A stretch of 64,000 nucleotides of DNA. Origin: Leucoraja erinacea. Lineage: Eukaryota. The translations under genes and the position numbers were made by a program. The DNA is taken from NCBI RefSeq assembly GCF_028641065.1, contig NC_073408.1, positions 9,052,001 through 9,116,000 of the forward strand, given 5' to 3'. The first letter of the stretch is position 1, and each line of letters starts with the position of its first letter. A model generated the notes under the pieces. It searched no databases, was not told where the DNA came from, and worked only from the letters and a program-made list of their open reading frames with translations. Shown one piece after another: positions 1 to 13,301 of this stretch.

Positions 1-610
1 CACACCTACTGTCCTTTGTGTAAAAGAGTTACCACTCAGGTTCTGATTAAATCTTTCCCCCCTCACCTTAAACCTATGTCCTCTGGTTCTCGATTCCCCT
101 ACTCTGGGTAAGAGACTGTACGTTTACCTGATCTATTCCTCTCATGATTGTGTACACCTTTATAAGATCACCCCTCATCCTCCTGCCCTCCAAGGAATCA
201 AGCCCTGGCCTGCTCAACCTCCCCCTATAGCTCAGGTCCTCGAGTCCTGGTAGCATCCTCGTGAATCTTCCCTGCACCCTTTCGAGCTTGACAACATTTC
301 CTATAACATGGTGCTCAAAACTGAACAATACTCTAAATGCGGCCTTGCCAACGTCTTATATAACTGCAACATGACCTCCCAACTTCTATACTCAATATTC
401 TGACTGATGAAGACCAATGTGCTGAAAGCCCTTTGACCACCCTATCTACTCCTGTGTTCAAGGAATAAAGTCCTAGCCTGCCCAACATCTCCCAAGAGCT
501 CAGCCCCTCAAATCCTGGCAACATCCTTGACAATCTTCTCTGCACTCTTTCCAACATAGTGACATCCTTCCTATCACAGGGTTTGCCAAAGCTGAACATG
601 TACTTCAACC
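1..610 (-). mobile_element. CR1-like LINE 3' fragments (two tandem pieces)
   Basis: Translations LERVQGRFTRMLPGLE..LSY..RL..LGL.SLE.RRMRGDLI are typical of the CR1 ORF2 C-terminus. Confidence 0.85.
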
Positions 611-3345
611 AAACCTTGATCCATTCCTCTCACTATTTCACCATTATAGTTAACTAAAAGGTTCAAAGGTCTTTTATTGTCACGTGTACCAATTAAGGTA
701 CAGTGATATTCTAATGTTTTGTTTAGCTTAGTGATACAGTGCGGAAGCAGGCCCTTTGGTCTTTGGTCTTTGGGATGTGGGAGGAAACTGGAGCACCCGG
801 AGAAAACTCACGCAGTCACAGAGAGAAGGTACAAATATGATATATTTTTTTAAATGTGCTTGTTAACATGTAGGTAGCTGATTATTGCATATGGAGTTAG
901 TTATTGTCTTTAGTATAAGTTAGTTGAATCAGTTTAGATTGGGCTTGGTTTTCGTGGTTGTGTGCTTATTCTGGTGTTATAGCACAAGTACTTTGTGTTT
1001 TAATTGTAATTTTGTGAATGAGTCCATGTTTCAAAAATAATCTTCCGATCATTTTTATGAAATGCTTCATCAGTTAGTTTTGTTCGCCCTGCATGTTTTT
1101 TATCTACTCAGTCCAGTGATGTTCCTTTCAGTCCAGAACATTTCAGTCTATGATGTTGTCAGTTATAAAGGAGCACATTGTAAAAGAGTCCCATCTCGCA
1201 CATTAATCATTCTGTAATCGCTGATAAGTGCCTCGTGTTGGAATCCTGAGATTCAGCAATTATGTCGGAGGAAGATTAAGAGAAGAAGCCTGCACCAGTT
1301 GAGAACATCATCAATAGATTGAGTTAAATCTGTTTTACTGAGAACAGAGCCTCTGAACAACTGACTGACATTCCGCATTAGTGCCAAACTGCTGATAAAT
1401 GCACCAGCCTGCTTTACGGGATGGGTGAGAACCATGGCACCAGCAAAGAAAGCATTGAGCATAGTCATAGACTACATGATTGTAATTTTTGCAATTTTTG
1501 TCTTTCCTCCTAGTCCATGGGGATTCTACTAAGCTGGTCATAAAAAATATTCGATAAACAAAACATATTATCAGATATCTATTATCGTATTCTTGAACAG
1601 GCCTCTCATACGCTAAAGGTGAATTTCTGATCTCCCAATCTACCTCAATGCCCTTTTATTATCTGCACTTCCTCTGTAGCTATAATACTATATTCTGCAC
1701 ATTTGAATGACATGTACATGTGTGATATAATTTGACTGGATAGCAAAGAAAATAAAGTTTTTCACTGTTTCTCGGTACATGTGACAATAATAAATCAATC
1801 CCAAATATTCATCTTCCCATTGTTTAAGATGGCCAGACTCTAGTATAACCCGTACATAGCCTCCATCTGTCTAGTTTAGTTTTGTTTAGAGTTACAGCGC
1901 TGAAACGGGCCCCACGCCGTTCAGTGAACCTCGCACATTAACACTAAGGACAATTTACACTTATCCAAGCCTATTAACCTACAAACCTGTATGTCTTTGG
2001 AGTGTGGGAGGAAACTGAAGAGCTCGGAAAAAACCTACGGATCTACTGCGGGCACTGCTGCCAACATCATCAAAAAGGCAGCCAATATTGTCAAAGACCC
2101 ACACCATCCTGGCAATGCTCTCATCTCACTGCGAGCATCAGGAAGGTGGTACAGGAGCTTGAAAACCGTGACCTTCAGGATCAAGAACAGCTTTCCCCCA
2201 GTAAGCAATAGACTCATGAACCGCACTGCAACACACTAACCACAACCTTACCTCAGTAATGAACCACAATGAACTCACGGCTTGATGGTAGTACTTCAGT
2301 GGGTCCATACTACTGAAGCATTTCAGTTCCATTCAGATAACTACTGATGTTTAAGTGACTACTGACCCATTGATATAAAAAGCCAGCAGCCCCTCACACC
2401 TGCTCCAGGGTTCAATAACATTGTGTCTGGTCTTTGTTACCCCGGATGACTTTCAAATACTGACCACATATCCCATGATGTCCTTATTTTCCACAGTTAA
2501 TCACTCATAGTTTAGGGAATTAAAAACAAAGTGTGATCGAAATATTGGACATTTGTCCTTTCATTCAATTTGTCAAAGATAAATTAAGAGAAAAAGAAAC
2601 CAGCCTCAAAACTATCAATAACATCCCTGTATAATTGCAGGGAATGAGTTTTGAGACTCACTTCCATTGTTCCAGCTGTCAGTTCCCTGACCAGTTACAG
2701 GTTCAATCCAACTCAGCAGAGAGCAGAGAAAACAGAGACTCAAAAACTAAGCAGGTTCTCTCAGCACTGCTGGAATTACCTTTCTTTGGATGCCAACTTT
2801 AAATCACAGACCTACACTCAAGTGGATGTTCAAGATCATGGCACGTCTTTGAAGAAGAGCAAGGGGTGACCATACGTTTAATGGCCTGAACAATATTCTT
2901 CCCTCAGCAAACATAGCTGAACGCAGATTGTCAGGTTGGTGTTGCAGTGATGCCTGTGCTTAAGATGATCTCCCTACAAGAGTGTTTAATTGTCATATGT
3001 ACTGACAATGGAACAGCAGCATAACAAGGTTGTAAACACAATACACATAGACAACATAATAAAAAAATACAATTTCAATAAATTAATAACGGTTCTGGTG
3101 CAAAAAAGGCCAAAGTTCTCAGTGCAACCAGCTCGCAACATAGCTCATTGTTTAGTTATTGTATTGTGGTGTTCAAGAGCCGGATGGTTGATAGGAAGAA
3201 GCTGTTCTTGAACCTGGAGGTCATGTTTTTCAGACTCCTGTACCTCGTTCTCGGTGGTAGGAGTGAAATGAAAGAGTGGCCAGGATGGTGTGATGGGGAA
3301 ACCGAGGCAGGCCATGCATGGTGAATGGCCGGGGCCCCAGGGGGT

Positions 3346-3662
3346 GTTTAGTTTCATTTAGTTTGGAGATACAGCGCGAAAACACGCCCATCGGCCCACC
3401 GAGTCCGCACCGACGAGCAATCACCCTGTACACTTGCACTATCCTACACACACTAGGGACAATTGACATTTATACCAAGCTAATTAACCTACAAACCTGT
3501 ACGTCTTTGGAATGTGGGAGGAAACCGAAGATCTAGGAGATAACCCACGCAGGTCACAGGGACAATGTACAAACTCTGTACAGATAGCAACCGCATTCAG
3601 GATGGAACACGGGTCTCTGGCGCTGTAAGGTAGTAGTCTACTGCTGCGCCACCATGCCACCC
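3346..3662 (-). mobile_element. tRNA-derived V-SINE (HE1-like)
   Basis: Reverse complement of the copy at 4140-4430; (TTTAG)n tail. Confidence 0.8.
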
Positions 3663-4139
3663 TGTTAATGAAGTGATAGACCTTAGGATTTGTGTTCAAA
3701 TCTATACATCCGTGAAAGTAGCAGCACAGGTGGATAGGGTAGTGAAGAGACATGCTTGCTTGTGGTAGTGAGCCAGGCTGGGGGATGCCGCATTGATGAA
3801 CTACCTTGGACAGCAATATTTGCACTAGTTTCTTTAATACCACTTACACCTCACCTTAATCCACCAGAGGATTTAAACATAAATAATTCTCTCCATCAGC
3901 CTCTCCAATAGGTTCACAGCCACAAATGAGCCAATAATAGCGACAGTGATATGTGGATAAACAGACGTGCTTAGAAATGAGGTCAGGGAGGATGCTAATA
4001 ATACAGTCTTCAGGGGAAAGCACATGGCGAGACACTTTGCATTCCAGCATGTCGAGCACGGTGATTCAATCCTGACGATGAATGCCCTGTGTAGTGTCGG
4101 CACAAACATTTGACAAGTGAAACCGATCATCACATGGGG

Positions 4140-4430
4140 CGCCACGGTGGTGCAGCGGTAGAGTTGCTGCCTTACAACGCCAGAGACCCGGGTTCGATCC
4201 CGACTATGGGTGCTGCCTGTACGGAGTTTGTACGTTCTCCTCGTGACCGCGTGGGTTTTTCCCCTCCGGTTTTCCGGTTTCCTCCCACACTCCAATGATG
4301 TACAGGTTTGTAGGTTAATTGGCTTCGGTAAAGTTTGTAAATTGTGAGTGTAATGGGGTTGCTGCTCAGCGCGGACACGGTGGGCAGAAGGGCCTGTTTC
4401 CACGCTGTATCTCTAAGCTAAACTAAATCA
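4140..4430 (+). mobile_element. tRNA-derived V-SINE (HE1-like)
   Basis: A/B-box head (ggtgcagcggta...gggttcgatcc), V-domain (tccggtttcctcccacactcca), CR1-type tail ending (CTAAA)n; about 15 copies in the window. Confidence 0.85.
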
Positions 4431-7400
4431 CACAACTGAAACATACTGAATTGGCATCTAATGAACCTCAAGTTTTGCTGTCTGTGCCACATAACTGAAT
4501 GTAATTATTGAAGGTGGAGCGGACTACCCAGAACACGTCATCAGTCAGCCACCACCTTGGTGCACGCTGTCTCTGGCCTCATTAACAAGTGGGTGTTTCA
4601 GTTTCAGGGCGGAGAAGACATCATAGAACGTAGGAAATGCTTGTTCTTTCATCAGGGAGGGTTTCATGGCATTGTGACAATGAATTGCCTGGAGCAGAGA
4701 GAGAGAGAAGGGATGGGGTTTAATGAGGAAGGGGAGATGGACAACAAGCAAGAGAAAGCGGAGAGAGAGGCTGTTGTGAGGAAGGAAGGGAGTTGCTCAA
4801 GGGGAGGAGGTTTTCAAGGAGGGAGAGTACAATGAGGGAGGAGTTTATATAACCATATAACCCATATAACAATTGCAGCACGGAAACAGGCCATCTCGAC
4901 CCTTCTAGTCCGTGCCGAACACGTATTCTCCCCTAGTCCCATCTACCTGCACTCAGACCATAACCCTCCATTCCTTTCCCGTCCATATAACTATCCAATT
5001 TATTTTTAAATGATAAAAACGAACCTGCCTCCACCACCTTCACTGGAAGCTCATTCCACACAGCCATCATCTGAGTAAAGAAGTTCCCCCTCATGTTACC
5101 CCTAAACTTCAGTGACTGGACCAAGCCCTTGGTAGGGAGGACCAGGCTCTGCATTGCCCAGCATTAGAGGTGTGTGTTTTAAATGTGGGATAGTTCTGTG
5201 GTTCATCCAGGCAGGTTACTGAAGTCTGGACCAGAAGTTAGGCTAGCCCCAGAAAGTTTAAGGAAGTTTTGTTAAGTGTTACTCCAGAGGCTAGGACAGA
5301 AAGTTTAAGAAGGGTTAAGTGTCTAAGGCTAGGCAACATCGGGACCAATGTGAGAAGAGAGATGGTGAATACTTAAGGTGTTAGATTTGAATGCACGTGG
5401 TATACGGAACAAAGTGGCTGTTTGGAAATTGGTAGGTATGACATGGCTGAAGGGGATCGGAGCTGGGAGCTGAATGTCCAGGGTTACGAGTCCTACTGAA
5501 AAAGACAGAGGTGGACGGAGGATTGGGGTAGCTCTGCTGGTAAGGAAGATGAGGCATTATGTTGCGACAGTCAGGCTACACTTGGGGATACTGTGTGCCG
5601 TTCTGGTGGCCATGTCACACAATGAACGTGGTAGCAATAGAGAAGGTGTAGGTGAGATTAGAAACATAGAAAATAGGTGCAGGAGTAGGCCATTTGGCCC
5701 TTCGAGCCAGAACCGCCATTCAATATGATCATAGCTGAAACTTTATCAAAGCTTATCTGCAGTGGGGTGGAATTGGGCTGTGTTTACTGATCTGTATTGT
5801 TTGGAGGTACATGATTTATAATTGTTATAAGACCTTTCGTAAGTAGCCTCCATCAGTAAATAGCTCAACAATGGAAGATTATGTATATAAGGAGCAGATT
5901 AATCCTTGGTTGAGGAGTGACCGCTGAGGAGTGATCATTGTATTTGATGTTCTTAAATAAAGTCTTGATTGTCACCTGATCTTTGTGGTGCCTTATAAAG
6001 TTTTCGTTAAAAACGGTCTCCAACAATTTGGAAAATGTAGTGTTTTGTGTCACTTACGAAAACCCCCTGCAGCAGTTACTGTTTCATTCTTGGACCTTAA
6101 CTGGTGATTAAAACAGTTGTCAACAAGATACAAGATACAAGATATATTTATTTGTCACATGTGCCAGTTGGCACAGTGAAGTGTGTGATCACCATACAGC
6201 CATACAATAAAAATAAAGAACACAACACACGATAGAGTTCAACATAAAACATCCCCACACAGCAGAATCAAAAGTTTCCCACTGTGAGGGAAGGCACCAA
6301 AGTCAGTCATCTTCCTCGATGTTCACCCGTGGTCGGCAGCAAGAGTACTAGCAAGAACCAAAGTAACTGGACCAAGATATTAAAAGTTCTATTTATCAAA
6401 CAGATATATATTTAAAAATGAAGAACTTGGCTGCATGAAGAGGTGACCTCAGAATGAAATGCAATTGAGGATAAATTTAAAGGATAAGTTGATTTTCACT
6501 TGGATAGAGTCATAACATTAATTTTCAGACTTAAACAAGTCACTGTGATGATTTAAAATATTTGCTCACACCACCCGATATTAACCTCCCCCTAGACTCC
6601 CACACATGAAGGTTCTCACATTAGATGTTCTCATCCCTCCACCCTATCCCACCTCCCTCTATCTGTAATCTGTGTCCAAGTATTCTGTGCTCCAGAATTG
6701 TTGACTTCCTAATCATCTGTGAATTTAGCGCCTTTGTTGATAAAGACCTAAGACTGGAATTCCCTCTTAACTCCTTTTCATCTTCTGCACTTTTACTTTG
6801 ATCTAATGTTTGGCCATCCGCCCTAATTTCTCCTTATTGGCTCAGCAATAATTGTGTTTGATAAAAATTCCAGTAAGAAACTTAGTGTAGGTGGGTGACA
6901 GGTGAATCAGAGGCAAGGTGAGGCAGAGGTGGGGCATTGTTGATAAACATGTAAGAGAGGAGAGTTTGCATGAAATTAAAAAAAGGAATAGAGGGTCTTG
7001 TATTAGTTATGTATGAAAACCCAAGTGTTATCGAGTCATAGAGTCATACAGGATGGAAACAGGCCCTTTGGCCCAATGTCCATGCCAACCAAGATGCCCC
7101 ATCTACACAAGTCCCACTTGCTTACGTGTGATCAATATACCTCTAACCTTTCCTATCCATGATCCTATCCAAATGTTTTTTTAAATGTTGTTACTGTACC
7201 TGCCACAACTACCTCCCCTGGCAGCTCGTTCCATGTACCCACCACCCTCTGAGTGAAAAAGCTGCCCCCCCCCCCCCCCCCCCCCCCCCCCAGGTTGCTC
7301 CCACAATTGGCCACTGTAAGTTGTTCCCGGGTGTATGTTTGTGGTAAAACCTGATGAAAGTTGATGGGAAATTGGGGAGAATAAAGCTTGAATGATGCTT

Positions 7401-8410
7401 GATGGTCAGCACGGATTCAGTGGGCTGAAGGGTCTCTGTGAGTCTGTTAATTGGTGATTATCTCACCTTTGGTGTAGGTGGGTGACAGGTGAATCAGAGG
7501 CAAGGTGTGGCAGAGGTGGGACATTGTTGGTAGACATGTAAGAGAGGAGAGGTTGCAGGAAATTTTAAAAAAAGGGATGGAATTTAATAGGATTGTCTGA
7601 GGGCTAGTATAGATTTTATGGGCTGAAAGGTCTCTGGTGTGGTAAAAAAGGAAAACAGTTGGAAGCAGTACTATAAATGATTATTCAATAGTTTTTATGA
7701 ATTGCAATTATAAAGATGCCAATACACATGTGTATGTACAGGTGGTAAACTGGAGATGTTGTCTGACAAATCTAGAGAATTAGTTAATGAATTCCAGACA
7801 CCAGTCAGCGAGTCACACAGAGAAATGGCAGTAGTTTCCCATTCTCGGATGGTGGAGCTCTGGGTTATAGATTGGATGTGATTATCAGTGTAACTTGTAT
7901 GCATAGTTGCTTATTTAACCAGTGGATAATGAAGGGGCAGATACCTGTCCTTCGGGTTCCAGCAGACAGGGACCATCACCACACACACACGCGTCTGAAT
8001 GAACAGATTTCAGCTGATCAAAGCAAGCGCCATAATCTCCCCGTGGACAGGGAGGCAGAGGGGTGCTTCAATACAAGTCATCTTGTCGCAGAGAAATGAG
8101 GCGAAGGGAAATGAAAAGCAGACAGGAGATATTACTCAAGATAATCCTCTCGTTTTAGTTGAGATACATTCATCAATACAATTCTAGCTTCAAATATACA
8201 GCAAATATCAGCATATTACAATGTTAGTCACACTTTTAGTTTTGCTATTTAACTTAAAGTTATTGAACAAGATGCCAATTAGTTGCGAGTTAGCTGCTAC
8301 AATAACATGGATGAATTGTAAAAGCAACAAGGACCGTACATCAGTGCCATAACATTGCTGGGGATCAGTGGGATATATTTCCCTCGTGACTCGTCTGGTC
8401 TTTCTGTGCC

Positions 8411-8850
8411 TCAGCCCCGGGCTCCTTCATCCCCGGGCTCCTTCATCCCCGGCGGAGACGCCAGGTTGATCTTCACGTCGTTGACTTTAGGCTGTATCTC
8501 TCCGCCTTTCCTGGGCGCCTCGATGCACAGGATGCCATCGTGGGTCAGAGTTGTTCGAACCAGCAGAGGGTCCACGTCGAGGGGCAGGATGTAGGTGCGT
8601 TTAAAGTCTCGGGAGATGAAGCCGTGGTCGTCCAACTTCTGAGGATGACTACCGGACACCTCCAGCAGGTTGTCCACCGTCCGGACCGACAGCTCACTTG
8701 GCAGGAAGTGGCACACATCCAGGAAGACCTGGGATTTATGGTCCTTTGTGGCTATCTCTGAAAACCCTCGGTCCAGTTGCTTGTTGATCCTGGGTCTGAT
8801 GTAGTAACCGTGGTACAAAGTCGGAGCTAAAATATCCTCTGGTGACAAAC
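8411..8850 (-). CDS. HSPB2: HSPB2 exon 2 (alpha-crystallin domain to stop)
   Basis: Minus-strand acceptor ccctcAG|GT TTG TCA CCA GAG; TGA at 8413-8411. Confidence 0.95.
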
Positions 8851-10543
8851 CTGAGGGATTTATTGGAAGTTATAAAACTGCTAATGATAGACCAACAATT
8901 TGTAACTTAACACTGCAACACACACACAGTGAAGATAGTAACCTCGTCTAGACATTTGCTTTCAAGAGAGATCTAGATAGGGCTCTTAAAAATAGCGGAG
9001 TCAGGGGATATGGGGAGAAGGCAGGAGCGGGGGTACTGGTTGGGGATGATCAGCCATGATCACATTGAATGGCGGCGCTGGCTCGAAGGGCCAAATGGCC
9101 TACTCCTGCACCTATTGTCTATTGTATATTGACATAAAATGCTGGAGTAACTCAGGAAAAAATGGATAGGTGATGATTCAGGTTGGGACCCTTCATCAGA
9201 CTGAAGAAGGGTCCAGACCTGAAATGTCACCTACTCATTTTCCCCAGACATGCTAGCTGACCCGCTGAGTTATTCCAACATTTTGTATTTATCTTTGGTA
9301 TAAACCAGCATCTGTTCATTTTGTATTACATGGTTATCTAGTAACTATCTCATAATGATTTAATTAACGTTGTAGTTATCTTTAGTTATCTAGTAACTAC
9401 TTAGCGACAGTGAAGATAGTTTTCTTGAATGACAGCAGGATCTTGATCAGCTGGGTAAGGTGGCTGAAGAAGTCAAACCCGGGCAGGACCCCGAGGAGTG
9501 GTGCACAGCAGAGGGATCTAGCAGTGCAGGTACATAGATCTAGCAGTGCAGGTACAGAGTTCCCTTGAAAGTGGCGTCAGGGGCAGACAGGGTGGTGATG
9601 AACAACTGGCCCATTATTCGCACCCCTGCCTTTGGCCCCACAGTGATGGGATGTAGTGCAGTGGTCATTGAAATACAGGTCTCACACAAAGTTGAGGGTC
9701 ATTGATGCAAAGTTCCGAGTTCAAATCTCACCGCAGCAGCTCGGGAATTTATAATCATGTGAATAAATCTGGTGTAAAAAAAGTAGTGGGGTCAGGGCTG
9801 GTCTCCGGCAGCAGTAACACGGAGTCACCCAGAGGCAGGTGAAATAGTGCAAGATCACGGTAGAGGGAGATGTTGATGTGAAGACGTGCATGTTGGCAAC
9901 TTCCCAACCAGAGTCCGNNNNNNNNNNNNNNNNNNNNNNNNNNNNNNNNNNNNNNNNNNNNNNNNNNNNNNNNNNNNNNNNNNNNNNNNNNNNNNNNNNN
10001 NNNNNNNNNNNNNNNNNNNNNNNNNNNNNNNNNNNNNNNNNNNNNNNNNNNNNNNNNNNNNNNNNNNNNNNNNNNNNNNNNNNNNNNNNNNNNNNNNNNN
10101 NGTTCTGTCTGAATGTATGTGTGAGTCTGTGAAAGAGAGAGCATGTGTGCGTGCCTGCCTGTGTTTGTGTCAGTATGTGTGTGTGTGTGTGCGCACATCT
10201 GAGTGTGTCTGTATGCAGTGTTTGTGTGTGTGTGTGGCAGTAGGTGTGGATGTGTGTGTGGGTGGGTCTACGCGCATGGGCACAACTCGATCGCCAACTC
10301 CACGATGATTTCGTTTAAAAAGATCCTGCTCCGAGCTGGCCACTTTAATACCGGGGGGGTCGCGTTTATTTCGGCACACCCACCCTCAGCCAAATTGTCG
10401 GCAAAGCAACAAAGTGTAACTTGGTTAACGCGAACATAAACAAACTCACCCTCCCCGTAGTTCTGGTCGTAGATTGTGCTTGGCGTGTCGCCCTCGTATT
10501 CCACGCTCATGGGGTAAGCGTGAGGGACTGTCCTGTCCTCCAT
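8411..10543 (-). CDS. HSPB2: Heat shock protein beta-2 (small HSP, MKBP); join(complement 10450..10543, 8411..8850), 177 aa
   Basis: Exon 1 MEDRTVPHAYPMSVEYEGDTPSTIYDQNYGE-G, exon 2 LSPEDILAPTLYHGYYIRPR...VFLDVCHFLPSELSVRTVDNLLEVSGSHPQKLDDHGFISRDF (alpha-crystallin domain, HSPB2-specific motifs). Phase-1 GT-AG intron; head-to-head with CRYAB. Confidence 0.96.
9918..10101. other. Assembly gap (run of N) in HSPB2 intron, next to a (TG)n-rich tract
   Basis: N characters in the sequence. Confidence 0.99.
10450..10543 (-). CDS. HSPB2: HSPB2 exon 1 (94 coding nt)
   Basis: ATG at 10543; donor TAC GGG GAG G|GTGAGT. Confidence 0.93.
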
Positions 10544-12114
10544 CGTTCGTATCAGACACAAGGCTTGAGCTCCCTCTCTCCCCTTCACTCACTCTCCCTC
10601 TCCCTATCTCCGCCAGGCCGGGTCATTCACAGTCGGGTTCTAGTGAGAGGGAGGGAGTGGAATTAGAACAGAACAGAAATAGACCCGGGCGGCTGGAACC
10701 ACCCACAGACCGGCAGCTGAAAGCGACCACAGCTTGAGCTCGCACTAGCAGTGTGCCTGATGAGGTAGACAAAAATGCTGGAGTTAACTCAGCGGGACAG
10801 GCAGCATCTCTGGAGCAAAATGAATGGGTGGCATTTCGGGTCGAGACTTCTGAAGAAGGGTCTCGAACCGAAACGTCGCCCGTTCCTTCCTGCCAGAGAT
10901 GCTGCCTGTCCCGCTGAGTTACTCCAGCTTTTTTGTGTCCATCGTCAAGGAATCCCTCTGGCGGGTCATTGTCAAGGTCAATCCCAGTCCAGAACCGCCG
11001 GGCTGGACATTTCAACACGCGGTTGGTACCAACGTGGTGCAACAGCGTGGAAACAGGCCATTCGGCCCAACTTGCCCACACCGACCAGTATGCCCCATAC
11101 ACTAGACCCACCTGCCTGCATCTGGCCCATATCTCTCTAAACATGTCCTATTCATGTACTTGCTAAATGAGTAATAAAAATAAAGATAGACACTCAGCGG
11201 GTCAGGCAGCACTTATAATTAGAGTAGTCATACAGCACGCAGACAGGCCCTTCGACCCAACTTGCCTATGCCCCATCTACTGTACCAACTTACCAACATG
11301 CCCCTTCTACTCTGGTCCCACCATATCCCTCTAAAACTTTCCTATCTGTGTACCTGTCTAAATATATTTAAAATGCTGTTATAGTACCTGCCACAACTAC
11401 CTCTTCTGGGAGCCCATTCCATATACCCACCACGCTCTGAGTGAAGCGTTACCCCTCAGATTCCTAGTAATTCTTGCCCGTCATGACCTGGACTAATGAC
11501 TGGGAGTTCAAACCCATCAAAGAGCAGGGATATTTGTGGAATGGCTGCAGCACAGAAGGAGGCCATTCGGCCCATCAGGTCTGTGCCAGTTCTTAGTAGA
11601 GTGATGTTTTAGAAGCAATTGGACAGGTACGTAGATAGGACATGTTGCGAGGGATGTGGGCCAAACGCAGGCAAGTGGGACTAGTGCCGTTGGGACATGT
11701 TGGTCGGTGCGGGCAAGTTGGGCTGATGGTCCTGTTTCCACGCTGTATCACTCTAATGGGGAGAGTCTAGTTCCCTGCCTCTTTCCCTCAAGTTGTGATC
11801 CAGTTCCCTCTGGGAATTGCGATGGGCTCCAAACCCCAACCCCCCCCCCACCCCAACACCGCTGCAAGGAAACATCCTCAGCTTCTCTGGTCCAACCTTG
11901 CGGCTGATTCTGATTCTTTTTTAAAAACCTGGCATCAAGTGCAATCCCAGTCGGGGCCATTAAATTACCCAACTGTGGTTGGAACCTGAAGCTGAAAGAC
12001 ACAAAATGCTGGAGTAACTCAGCAGGCCAGGCAGCATCTCTGGAGAACATGGACAGTCTGCAGAAGGGTCGCCTACCCATGTTCTCCAGGGATGCTGCCT
12101 GACCCGCCTGGTCG

Positions 12115-12610
12115 CAGTCGCTGCCTCAAAAAGGCTGACAGCATCATCAAAGACCCACACCATCCTGGCCACATACTCATTTCCCTGCTATCTTCAGGTA
12201 GAAGGTACAGGAGCCTGAAGACTGCAACAACCAGGTTCAGGGATAGCTACTTCCCCACAGCCATCAGGCTGTTAAACCTGGCTCGGACAAAACTCTGATT
12301 ATTAATAATCTCGTCTGAAGAAGGGTTTCGGCCCGAAACGTTGCCTATTTCCTTCGCTCCATAGATGCTGCTGCACCCGCTGAGTTTCTCCAGCTTTTTT
12401 GTGTAACCTCTGATTATTAATAATCCATTATCTGTTATTTGCATTTTATCAGTTTATTTATTAATGTGTGTATATATTTATATTATGGTATATGGACACA
12501 CTGATCTGTTTTGTAGTAAATGCCTACTATGTTCTGTGTGCTGAAGCAAAGCAAGAATTTCATTGTCCTATCAGGGACACATGACAATAAACTCGCTTGA
12601 ACTTGAACTT
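12115..12610 (+). mobile_element. Rex1/Babar-like LINE 3' fragment with a nested 97-bp insertion
   Basis: KKADSIIKDPHHPGHILISLLSSGRRYRSLKTATTRFRDSYFPTAIRLLN; tail aataaa...cttgaacttgaactt. Confidence 0.75.
12311..12407 (+). mobile_element. Short Penelope-terminal-repeat element with minimal hammerhead core, flanked by an 18-bp TSD
   Basis: ctctgattattaataatc repeated at 12293-12310 and 12408-12425; CTGAAGA-agggtttcggccc-GAAA-cgtt core. Confidence 0.7.
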
Positions 12611-13259
12611 GGGTTACTTCAACACTTTGGAACTTTCCTTGATTAACCAGCATCTGCAGTTCCTTGTTTCTAGACGTGTCTCCAGGCCTGCAGCCCCCCC
12701 TACACCATCCAATGAGATGGGCTGGTAATCACACGGCTCAGGGGGCAGAACATGTCTCAGGCCCTCAAAAGTAAAAATAAGTCATCGAGAGGGCAGCAGC
12801 GTCCTGCGACGCCATTAATTGGTAACGCGGTACTAGGGACTGATCCCATTCAACACAGCCAGAAACTAAAATACCCTCTCGGCCGCATTATAAAGTGATC
12901 AGCACTGGCCTATTTCTGGGATGACATATTTGTGATGGCCATCATCGCCATTCCGGTTCAGCTTCTGAATGACCCAACACACAGACACAGCGGAACAAAA
13001 GGGCATTAAAATCTTTAATCGTGAAAAAAACTGGAACATCATAAAATCTCTCCCCATACAATAGCTCCCCTTTGAAAATGCCATGAGGTCATCTGGTGCA
13101 GCCCTCGCCGGCCTTGCCAGCAGAGGAAGGGATTGATCAGCACAGCTTTGTTCGCCGCTAGAGAGACCGCGTTACTGGTGGTGTCACGTCTAATCCCCCA
13201 AAATAATAACTCCCTAAAGAATGAGAACACATGACAGACTCAATCAGCCTTGCATCAGT

Positions 13260-13274
13260 TTTCCAGAAGGTTCA
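13260..13274 (+). promoter_or_regulatory. Heat-shock element (nTTCnnGAAnnTTCn) of the CRYAB promoter
   Basis: tTTCcaGAAggTTCa: three alternating inverted nGAAn units about 20 bp upstream of the TATA box. Confidence 0.85.
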
Positions 13275-13293
13275 ATGGGTGGCTGTCATTGTG

Positions 13294-13301
13294 TATATAA
13301 A
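13294..13301 (+). promoter_or_regulatory. TATA box of CRYAB
   Basis: TATATAAA about 100 bp upstream of the ATG at 13396. Confidence 0.8.

Noticed and set aside
4140-4215. tRNA-like A/B boxes (also at 41754, 42480, 59347)
   Set aside because: SINE heads continuing into the V-domain and tail; not tRNA genes
8728-8742. HSPB2 KSQVFLDV instead of the usual KFQ.FLDV
   Set aside because: A single substitution; it cannot be distinguished from lineage variation or a base error without orthologues
10268-10588. 106-aa ORF with an upstream start as an HSPB2 N-terminal extension or intron read-through
   Set aside because: Homology starts at MEDRTVP and ends at the canonical GTGAGT donor
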